Virus record (IMG/VR): IMGVR_UViG_3300007625_000001
Reading direction: 5' to 3' (one strand)
Source: an uncultured virus (IMG/VR IMGVR_UViG_3300007625_000001)
Lineage: Duplodnaviria; Heunggongvirae; Uroviricota; Caudoviricetes
DNA: 64,000 nt
Positions 47,090-55,022 of the stretch are shown here, in pieces (position 1 is the stretch's first letter; every line of letters starts with the position of its first letter). A model generated the notes under the pieces. The model made no database searches and was not told the origin of the DNA. It saw only the letters and a program-made list of their open reading frames with translations. A program made the translations under genes and the position numbers.

Positions 47090-48481
47090 ATGGCAACTTT
47101 TGAAATTTCAGCATGGAGTCCAGCAGAAAAGGTTACTAAGAAATTATTTTACAATAGTTCTCTTAGCACATTAAAGTGGGAAGATGGTTCCAATGTTATT
47201 GCAGATGTTAGAACACAACCTGATGTTGTTTCTCCTGCAAAGATTGAACATGGTAAAAAAGATTTAAAAACTGTTAAGATTCAACTAGGTCTTTCTTGTA
47301 ACTTTGAATGTGATTATTGCAATCAAAGATTCGTACCACATGCAGATGAAACTAATCCAAACGATGTAGATCCATTTGTATTGAATATGGACTCATGGTA
47401 TGAAGGTGGGTCTGATGGATTTGGTAAAGATACAAACTTCGAGTTTTGGGGTGGTGAACCATTTGTTTATTGGAAAACAATGAAGCCTCTTGCAGAAGCA
47501 CTTAATAAAAAATACCCAAATGCTCGTATGTCAGTAATTACAAATGGTAGTTTATTAGACATAGAAAAAAATGAGTGGTTAGAACGATATAATTTTGGTG
47601 TGGCGGTTTCACATGATGGTCCAGGACAACCAGTTCGTGGACCAGATCCTTTAGATGATCCAAAATCTAAAGAAGGTATTATAGATCTTTATAAAAGACT
47701 TGCACCAAAGCGTATGTTTAGTTTTAATTCTATGATTAACTCTAAGAATACTAGTCGTGCTGAGATTGAAAAATTCTTCTTCAATTTTGTTGATACTGAA
47801 ATCGGTGAGAAATATAAACAGTTCTTAACAATAGGCGAAGGTGCTTTCGTTGATGCTTATGATGAGGGTGGATTAGCAAATTCTTTAGTTGATGGTGAAG
47901 AAGATATTTCTTATAGAAATCAAGCATTAGAAGAATTGCGTGCTGGTAAGGTAACAAGATTTGATGTTATCGGGCAGAAAGTCGGTGGGTTTATTGACTC
48001 ATTAGCGAATGGTGTTAGAATCGAATCACTACCCCAAAAGTGTGGTATGGATAAATCTAATTCTATTGCTCTTGACTTAAATGGTAATGTTTTAACCTGC
48101 CAAAATGTAAGTCCAGTTTCTACAAATCCCGCAGGTATATCTCATAAACTTGGACATATATCTGATCTTTCTTCAACTAGATTAGATTCAGCTACTCATT
48201 GGAGTGATAGAAAAGAATGCCCAAACTGCCCAGTAGTACATATTTGCAAGGGTGCTTGTATGTTTCTTTCTGGTCCACTATGGGATGCTTCTTGTGATAA
48301 TGCATTTAGTGATAATATCATCCCATTTTGTATCGCAATTGAAGAGATAACAGGATGTATCCCTGAGTATATCGAGGGTCCATTAAGAGAAGATCGTAAA
48401 GATATTTTCTGGTGGGTTAAGGGTAAACCAGAAAAGGTTAGAAAACCTAAAAAGATTATACCGATTGTGATGGCATCATGA
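47090..48481 (+). CDS. radical SAM enzyme with SPASM domain
   Basis: CNFECDYC (CxxxCxxC), FWGGEP, ITNG, SHDG; KCG...GNVLTC and CPNCPVVHICKGAC...C auxiliary-cluster motif; GAGGG SD before ATG 47090. Confidence 0.92.
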   Translation: MATFEISAWSPAEKVTKKLFYNSSLSTLKWEDGSNVIADVRTQPDVVSPAKIEHGKKDLKTVKIQLGLSCNFECDYCNQRFVPHADETNPNDVDPFVLNMDSWYEGGSDGFGKDTNFEFWGGEPFVYWKTMKPLAEALNKKYPNARMSVITNGSLLDIEKNEWLERYNFGVAVSHDGPGQPVRGPDPLDDPKSKEGIIDLYKRLAPKRMFSFNSMINSKNTSRAEIEKFFFNFVDTEIGEKYKQFLTIGEGAFVDAYDEGGLANSLVDGEEDISYRNQALEELRAGKVTRFDVIGQKVGGFIDSLANGVRIESLPQKCGMDKSNSIALDLNGNVLTCQNVSPVSTNPAGISHKLGHISDLSSTRLDSATHWSDRKECPNCPVVHICKGACMFLSGPLWDASCDNAFSDNIIPFCIAIEEITGCIPEYIEGPLREDRKDIFWWVKGKPEKVRKPKKIIPIVMAS

Positions 48482-48792
48482 GTAGTTTCTTTAAAGGATA
48501 CGTATTAGAGATTAATCAATTCCCTAGAATTGTAGGAAACATTGGAACTATCGAACACTATACAGTCAAAGAAGTATTTGAATTTGATAGTGATACTAAA
48601 GAATATGGGTACAGAGATAGCCTAATTCCACTACAATCTGTTATAAATAAAGATGAGATTGACCTAAATACAATTAAAGATCTTATAAATAATAAGGTGG
48701 CTTTCTTGAGAAGAACCTTAAATTTTCAGAACCAAACACAAGTCTGGTCTTTTGATACCAGCAAATTAGGAGAACTAAAAAATGACAGTTAA
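48478..48792 (+). CDS. hypothetical protein (104 aa)
   Basis: ATGA-coupled to the radical SAM gene and overlapping the next gene. Confidence 0.65.
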   Translation: MSSFFKGYVLEINQFPRIVGNIGTIEHYTVKEVFEFDSDTKEYGYRDSLIPLQSVINKDEIDLNTIKDLINNKVAFLRRTLNFQNQTQVWSFDTSKLGELKNDS

Positions 48793-49729
48793 AAATGTAA
48801 AATGGGTTATCGCTCATGAGCCTATTGGTTTATTTTTGAAGGTAGCCGAAGCATTTTCCAAAGAAGTTAACGAAAGAACTAATGGGAAATTTAATGTTGA
48901 GATTCTCTCATTGACTGAGTATTCTCAAAAGTACAATTTCGGTAAACAACTAACAAAACGATCTATGATGGATTTAGTTGGTTCTGGACAAGTTGAGATG
49001 GGTCACATCTATACAACTTGGCTCGCAGATATCAATCCAGATCTTAATGTTTTAGATTTACCATTCTTGTTTAGAGATCACGATCATGCTGATGCTATTC
49101 TTGATGGTCCAATCGGTGCTGATTTGTTAGCTGGTGTTGAGAAGAACTCTCAGATCAAAGCAATGGCATTTACATATTCTGGTGGATATCGTGTGGTTCC
49201 TGCTAATTTTAAAGCAGATACGATTGAATCTTGGAAAGGTAAAAAAGTTAGAATTAGTTCTAGCCCAGTTGCCCAAGCAACTTTCGAAACACTCGGTGCA
49301 ATTGCAAATCCTAATATCGAATTAGAACAAATGAATGAACAAGCCGATCGTGGAAACATCGATGCAGGTGAATCAACTTATGTTCGCATTTTCCCACTAC
49401 AGCAAAACAAATCTTTCAAGTATGTTAATGATACTGCACACAGTTTGTTCTTGACTTCTATTATTGTCAATGAGGCTTTCTTCAATCAGTTTGACGATGA
49501 AACTAAACAGATCATGTCTGAAGCAGCATTTAATGCAGCAAAGGCAGAACGTAAAGAATCTGTTGCAGATATTCCAAATATTTTAGATCAATGTAAAGCT
49601 GAAAAAGTTGAAGTTATCTCTATGTCTAAATCTGAACAGAAAAAGATGCAAGATCTATTGACCCCTCTCCATGATAGATTTGAGGCTTCCTTTAGTGATG
49701 GATTAGTCAAGAGCATTAAGTCTCATTAA
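48782..49729 (+). CDS. TRAP-type solute-binding protein (DctP family) without signal peptide
   Basis: F..EV..RT.G...V, LDLPFLFRD.DH, G.KVR (conserved Arg), GA.....E, H.......VN..F...D; AGGAG SD. Confidence 0.85.
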   Translation: MTVKNVKWVIAHEPIGLFLKVAEAFSKEVNERTNGKFNVEILSLTEYSQKYNFGKQLTKRSMMDLVGSGQVEMGHIYTTWLADINPDLNVLDLPFLFRDHDHADAILDGPIGADLLAGVEKNSQIKAMAFTYSGGYRVVPANFKADTIESWKGKKVRISSSPVAQATFETLGAIANPNIELEQMNEQADRGNIDAGESTYVRIFPLQQNKSFKYVNDTAHSLFLTSIIVNEAFFNQFDDETKQIMSEAAFNAAKAERKESVADIPNILDQCKAEKVEVISMSKSEQKKMQDLLTPLHDRFEASFSDGLVKSIKSH

Positions 49730-49750
49730 TCTAAACTAAATATATTATAC

Positions 49751-49775
49751 AGGGGATGTTTAGCATCCCCTTTTT
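49751..49775 (+). terminator. stem-loop with U-tract, immediately after a CTAAATA motif
   Basis: AGGGGATG-TTTAG-CATCCCCT-TTTT; CTAAATA at 49736-49742. Confidence 0.6.
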
Positions 49776-49780
49776 ATTTT

Positions 49781-50836
49781 ATGGAAAATATAATGAAACC
49801 TAGAATTTTATATTATAACAAAAAACAAGCACCTTTCTTAATTAATAGAGATGCTTCTTCAATGTCACCATTTTTATCTAAAACGTATACATATAAAATT
49901 TTTAATTCATATGAGACACTTGGATTAAATAAACATAATATGGTATATGATAGATCTGGTTCTGTACCACATTATTTAAATATTGCAGAAGATGCCCACC
50001 CAATACCAGAGGTGGGTATTTCTTTTAATAAATCATTTTATCAAGCATGTGAAGAACGTGCAAAGCACCTCCTAAGTCTTAATAAAGTAGTACATGTACT
50101 TTGGTCTGGTGGAATTGATAGCACTTTTGTTTTATTCATGTTAAAGAAATTCTCCAACGATCCCGATCAGGTTAGAGTTTGGGGTACATTAAATTCTATC
50201 TTAGAATCTGGTGATATGTTTGATAGAAGATTAAAGAATGAATTTCCTTACACTATCCTAGAACCAACAGATAATGAGTTTTCCTTTAATGTAAATGAAT
50301 GTATTTTTGTCAGTGGGATGGGTGGGAATCAGTTATTTGGACCAACAGATGATATGTTCGCCACTGGTGGAACTGCTATGTTCCACCACACTCTTGGTAC
50401 TCCAGAAACTATATACGAATCTTACGAGAATAACATAGACCCTAAACTATTAGAATTTCTGGATCCAATGATAAAGAATTCTTATAGGAAAATTGAAACA
50501 GTCGCCGATCTAAGATGGTATTGTATTTTTAATCTAGACTGGTACACTGGCTTATATGAACATAGAACAATGCTTCAGATAGAAAAGACTAAAAAGATGC
50601 ATGCGTTTTTTGATTCTGACGATCTACAACGCTGGGCTATGACTACTAAAGAACCATTCACCAAAGTTCGTGGGAATGCCAATACACATCGTTGGCAAAT
50701 GAGGCAAATTCTGTCCGAAGAATTCGGAGAACGAGATTATGCTTTAAACAAATCAAAGAAAATATCAAACCTAAACGTCCAACGTCCTCAGTGGCTATTT
50801 TTACTAGACGATTTCCATAATGTCCTGATCGACTAA
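49781..50836 (+). CDS. asparagine-synthetase-like N-type ATP pyrophosphatase (no glutaminase domain)
   Basis: PP-loop VLWSGGIDST and FVSGMGGNQLFG (cf. AsnB SGEGxDELFG). Confidence 0.7.
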   Translation: MENIMKPRILYYNKKQAPFLINRDASSMSPFLSKTYTYKIFNSYETLGLNKHNMVYDRSGSVPHYLNIAEDAHPIPEVGISFNKSFYQACEERAKHLLSLNKVVHVLWSGGIDSTFVLFMLKKFSNDPDQVRVWGTLNSILESGDMFDRRLKNEFPYTILEPTDNEFSFNVNECIFVSGMGGNQLFGPTDDMFATGGTAMFHHTLGTPETIYESYENNIDPKLLEFLDPMIKNSYRKIETVADLRWYCIFNLDWYTGLYEHRTMLQIEKTKKMHAFFDSDDLQRWAMTTKEPFTKVRGNANTHRWQMRQILSEEFGERDYALNKSKKISNLNVQRPQWLFLLDDFHNVLID

Positions 50837-50861
50837 GTTGCAAATACAAAAATCCCTCGCT

Positions 50862-50869
50862 TATAAATA
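50862..50869 (+). promoter_or_regulatory. canonical T4 late promoter TATAAATA
   Basis: Intergenic, upstream of the fibre operon. Confidence 0.7.
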
Positions 50870-50898
50870 AAGAGGTAAAAGCAATTTAGGATCAGAAA

Positions 50899-51234
50899 AT
50901 GGCGACTGTTAGTAATCTATTCGTTGACGCTGGGGCTAACTACAGCAATATAATTACTGTATCCGCATCCAATGGTCAAGCACTCGATTTGACTGGATAT
51001 ACTGTGGCTTCTCAAATGAGAAAGTCATATCAGTCCAGCACATCCTATAATTTCACATCAAGTATATACTTAGCAGCTTCTGGTAAGGTTAGACTTCAAT
51101 TAACAGATGTACAATCTGCTAGTATTCCAGCTGGACGCTGGCTTTATGATGTAGAGATAACTTCTCCATCTGGTACAAAAACCAGAGTAGTCGAGGGAGT
51201 TGTCACAGTTAACCCACAAATTACACAGATTTAA
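50899..51234 (+). CDS. virion structural protein (Ig-like fibre adaptor)
   Basis: DLTGYT..SQMRKSY, G.V.L.LT, GR..YDVEI, RVVEG.V.V.P. Confidence 0.75.
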   Translation: MATVSNLFVDAGANYSNIITVSASNGQALDLTGYTVASQMRKSYQSSTSYNFTSSIYLAASGKVRLQLTDVQSASIPAGRWLYDVEITSPSGTKTRVVEGVVTVNPQITQI

Positions 51235-51236
51235 TT

Positions 51237-51488
51237 ATGACAGATACAATAGCAATTGTTACCCCAGATGAAGCGTTAACTGTTGCAGTTTCCGAAGGTG
51301 TTCTTACACTTTCACAATCAAACTTAGCTGCACCAGCTGTAGTCGAATCTATGTCAAACATCGCCGATGTCGATGTTACTACGAATGGTAAGTTAAATGG
51401 ATCGCTTTTAGTATACAGAACAACAACAAATAAATGGACTGCTTCTACTACGCTTGATGCGCAGAATTTAGAAGGTGGCGAATTTTAA
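51237..51488 (+). CDS. small fibre-associated protein
   Basis: DVD......NGS.LVY...KW; ends EGGEF. Confidence 0.7.
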   Translation: MTDTIAIVTPDEALTVAVSEGVLTLSQSNLAAPAVVESMSNIADVDVTTNGKLNGSLLVYRTTTNKWTASTTLDAQNLEGGEF

Positions 51489-51502
51489 TCGGAGAATAAA
51501 AG

Positions 51503-54178
51503 ATGGCATCAATAATTAGAATAAAACGCTCATCGGTTTCAGGGAATCCAGCTACACTGGGTGCTGGTGAATTAGCGTATTCAGCACTTAATGGGGCTGG
51601 TGGTAATCGTCTATACATTGGTATGGGCACAGAGACCTCAGGTAATGCTGCTAACCACTTAGTAATCGGTGGTACTTACTACACTGGTTTAATTGACGCA
51701 TCAGTTGCTGGCACATTAACTACTAGTGCATCCTCAATTCCAGTTCTTTCTGCAACTGGTACGATCGATACTTGGAAAGTTGGTAATACTCAATTAACTG
51801 GTAACACATTATCATCTACTGACACCAATGGTAACATTAACCTTACACCAAATGGTACTGGTAAATTAGTTCTTAATAATCCGTACATTAATGGTACGAC
51901 TGATACTCTTGCTGAGTATATCTTTGATACAGTTGGTGGAGCAGTAACTGCTGGTACAGGTATTACTGTAACACCAAGTGATGTTGGTAATACTACTACC
52001 ATTTCAATAACTAATACTGCGGTAACTCCTGGAACTTATGGCTCTGCTACTTCGATTCCAACATTCACTGTTAATCAACAAGGTCAATTAACTGCTGCAG
52101 GTAGTGCTTCTTTAGCAACTACTTTAAATATCGCTGGTGATACTGGTACGTCAGCATTTGCTCTACTAACAGACACCATGACTTTTGTTGGTGGTACTGG
52201 TATTACTTCTGTTGTCGCAAAAGTTGGTGCTGCTACTAGTGTAACTTTTGATATTGATTCAACTGTTACTACTTTAACTGGTACTCAGACACTTACTAAT
52301 AAGACTTTAACTAGCCCAATAATCAATGGTGCAACCATTGGTGCTACAGGTGCTACATTTAATGGTTCTACTTCTGGTACAATTACTGTACTTGCATCAG
52401 CTGTTGCTGGAACAAATTCATTAACTCTACCAGCTGCAACTGATACTTTAGTCGGTAAAGCAACAACTGATACACTTACTAACAAGTCTATCAACTTAGC
52501 AAACAATACACTAACTACTACTTCTGCTCAGTTAGCAACTGCTATCTCTGATGAGACTGGTACTGGTGTTGTTGTATTCTCTAATACTCCAACTCTTGTT
52601 ACTCCTATTCTTGGTGTTGCTTCTGCTACTTCTATTAATAAAGTAGCAATTACTGCTCCTGCCACTGGTTCTACTTTAACTATTGCTGATGGTAAAACCT
52701 TTACTGCAAGCAATACTTTAACTCTAACTGGTACTGATACTTCATCTATTGCTTTCGGTGCTGGTGGTACTGTTGCTTATGTAGCAAACAAACTAAGCGT
52801 ATTTGCTGCCACTACTTCTGCTGAACTTGCTGGCGTTATCTCTGATGAGACTGGTACTGGTGTTCTAGTATTCTCTAACAGCCCAACTCTAGTTACTCCA
52901 ACTCTTGGTGCTGCTTTAGCAACTAGCATTACTGCCACTTCTGGCAATATGACTGTTAATGCTGCAGCTGGTAATAACAGTGTAAACTTAGTTGCAACTG
53001 GTACTGGTACTGTTGACGTTGCCAACAAGCGTATTACTTCTGTTGCTGAGCCTACTCAGTCTAGCGATGCTGCTACTAAGAACTACGTTGATGCTGTTAA
53101 GACTGGTCTAAAAGTTAAAGATGCTGTTCGTGCTGCAACTACTGCAAACCTAGCTGCAACATATGCTAACGGATCTTCTGGTGTTGGTGCTACATTAACT
53201 AACTCTGGATCTCAAGCTGCCTTTACAATTGATTCGATCGTATTAACTGCTGGACAACGAGTTCTTGTTAAAGATCAATCAACTGCCTTCCAAAATGGTA
53301 TCTATACAGTAACAACTGTTGGTACTGTTTCTACAAACTGGGTTCTTACTCGTGCTATTGACAATGATAGTAATGTCACTGTTCTAGAAGTTGAAGGTGG
53401 AGATTTCTGTTTCGTTCAAGAAGGTACAGTAAACGCTGATAATGGTTTCGTTGTAACTACTAATGGATCTATTACAATTGGTACTACTGGAATTGACTAT
53501 GTTCAATTCTCTGGTGCTGGACAAGTTATCGCTGGTGATGGTTTAACTAAGACTGGCAATACTCTAAACGCAGTTGGTACTAATAACCGTATCTCTATTT
53601 CTGCTGATGCGATTGACATCTCTTCAAGTTATGTTGGTCAAGCAACTATTACTACTCTTGGTACTATCGCAACTGGTACTTGGCAAGGTACTATCGTTGG
53701 TTCAACTTATGGTGGTACTGGTGTTAATAATGGATCTAGCACTATTACACTTGGTGGTAGTTTAAGCACTATCGGTGCGTTTACTACTGCGTTAACTGCA
53801 ACTGCTAATACTACATTAACACTACCTGTTACTGGCACTCTTGCTACACTAGCTGGTACTGAAACATTTACTAACAAAACTTTAACTGCTCCAGTTATCG
53901 CAACTATTGTTAATACTGGTACTTTAACACTACCAACTTCAACTGATACTTTAGTTGGTCGTGCCACTACTGATACACTTACTAATAAAACAATCACTGG
54001 TGCGATAATCACTACTGGTAGTATTAACAATACTCCAATCGGTGCCACTACTACAAACACTGGTGCGTTCACTACATTAAATGCAAGTGGTACTATTACT
54101 GCTCAAGGTAATATTACTGGTGCTGGTGCTGGTACTTCTACTCTCGATGGATTCAATATCGATGGTGGTACGTACTAA
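51503..54178 (+). CDS. long tail fibre protein
   Basis: IRIKRS...L..GELAY start; Thr/Gly-rich; TLTNKT repeats; PT..SDAATKNYVD; ends IDGGTY. Confidence 0.85.
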   Translation: MASIIRIKRSSVSGNPATLGAGELAYSALNGAGGNRLYIGMGTETSGNAANHLVIGGTYYTGLIDASVAGTLTTSASSIPVLSATGTIDTWKVGNTQLTGNTLSSTDTNGNINLTPNGTGKLVLNNPYINGTTDTLAEYIFDTVGGAVTAGTGITVTPSDVGNTTTISITNTAVTPGTYGSATSIPTFTVNQQGQLTAAGSASLATTLNIAGDTGTSAFALLTDTMTFVGGTGITSVVAKVGAATSVTFDIDSTVTTLTGTQTLTNKTLTSPIINGATIGATGATFNGSTSGTITVLASAVAGTNSLTLPAATDTLVGKATTDTLTNKSINLANNTLTTTSAQLATAISDETGTGVVVFSNTPTLVTPILGVASATSINKVAITAPATGSTLTIADGKTFTASNTLTLTGTDTSSIAFGAGGTVAYVANKLSVFAATTSAELAGVISDETGTGVLVFSNSPTLVTPTLGAALATSITATSGNMTVNAAAGNNSVNLVATGTGTVDVANKRITSVAEPTQSSDAATKNYVDAVKTGLKVKDAVRAATTANLAATYANGSSGVGATLTNSGSQAAFTIDSIVLTAGQRVLVKDQSTAFQNGIYTVTTVGTVSTNWVLTRAIDNDSNVTVLEVEGGDFCFVQEGTVNADNGFVVTTNGSITIGTTGIDYVQFSGAGQVIAGDGLTKTGNTLNAVGTNNRISISADAIDISSSYVGQATITTLGTIATGTWQGTIVGSTYGGTGVNNGSSTITLGGSLSTIGAFTTALTATANTTLTLPVTGTLATLAGTETFTNKTLTAPVIATIVNTGTLTLPTSTDTLVGRATTDTLTNKTITGAIITTGSINNTPIGATTTNTGAFTTLNASGTITAQGNITGAGAGTSTLDGFNIDGGTY

Positions 54179-54236
54179 CTAAATATAGTATAATACTGGG
54201 GATTCTTATCCCCAGATAACCTTTTTAGGAAGATGA

Positions 54237-55013
54237 ATGAGTAATCAAATCATACTCAAGAAATCATCTGTTGGAGCAAAAGTTCCAGTTGCAGGTGATT
54301 TGGCATACGGTGAATTGGCATTAAACTATGCTGATGGTAAACTGTATTTCAAAAACTCTTCCAATGCAATTCAATCGTTCTCAAACGATTCGAATAATGC
54401 ATCAAATGTTACCTTAACTGGTACACAAACCCTAACAAACAAAACAATCGCTTTTGGTAGTAATACTATTAGTGGAACAACAGCACAGTTTAATACAGCA
54501 TTAACTGATGGCGATTTTGCTACGTTAGCTGGCACTGAAACCCTAACAAATAAAACTTTAACATCTCCAAGTCTTAGTGGTACAGTTGCATTAACTTCTA
54601 CTACGCTACTTTCTATTAATGGTAGTACTGGAAGTTCTGGACAATTCCTTGCACGTGGACCAACTGGTCTTACTTGGACAGCAGCACCCAGTCCAGCACT
54701 ATCAACATTAAGTGATGTTGCGATTAGTGGACCAACAGCACAACAAGTTTTAACATATACAGGTTCCGCATGGATTAACGCTGATTCAAATGCAGTTGTT
54801 GCTTCTGCGGTTTTTGCCACTTCTCAATCAGATCTTGGATACGTCTATGATGGTAACGTAACTATCACAGAAGAGTTAGGTACAATTACTGAAATTGCCA
54901 ACAGTATTTACGATTTGGGTGTACTAAGTTTTACAGGTATTATCTCATTAAACAACATAGACCAATCGATCAAATCAGATTATCTTGGTTACTCTATTAT
55001 TTTCGGATTCTAA
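54237..55013 (+). CDS. tail fibre-related protein
   Basis: I.LKKS...P...L.YGELALNY.DGKLYFK; TLTNKT repeats; LSTLSDV.I. Confidence 0.8.
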   Translation: MSNQIILKKSSVGAKVPVAGDLAYGELALNYADGKLYFKNSSNAIQSFSNDSNNASNVTLTGTQTLTNKTIAFGSNTISGTTAQFNTALTDGDFATLAGTETLTNKTLTSPSLSGTVALTSTTLLSINGSTGSSGQFLARGPTGLTWTAAPSPALSTLSDVAISGPTAQQVLTYTGSAWINADSNAVVASAVFATSQSDLGYVYDGNVTITEELGTITEIANSIYDLGVLSFTGIISLNNIDQSIKSDYLGYSIIFGF

Positions 55014-55022
55014 GGATATACA

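Noticed and set aside
47090..50836. 7-deazaguanine (QueE/QueC) DNA-modification pathway
   Set aside because: The radical SAM protein is long and has SPASM cysteines, unlike QueE; the ATPase lacks QueC zinc ligands; no folE, queD or dpdA seen; context is late/structural.
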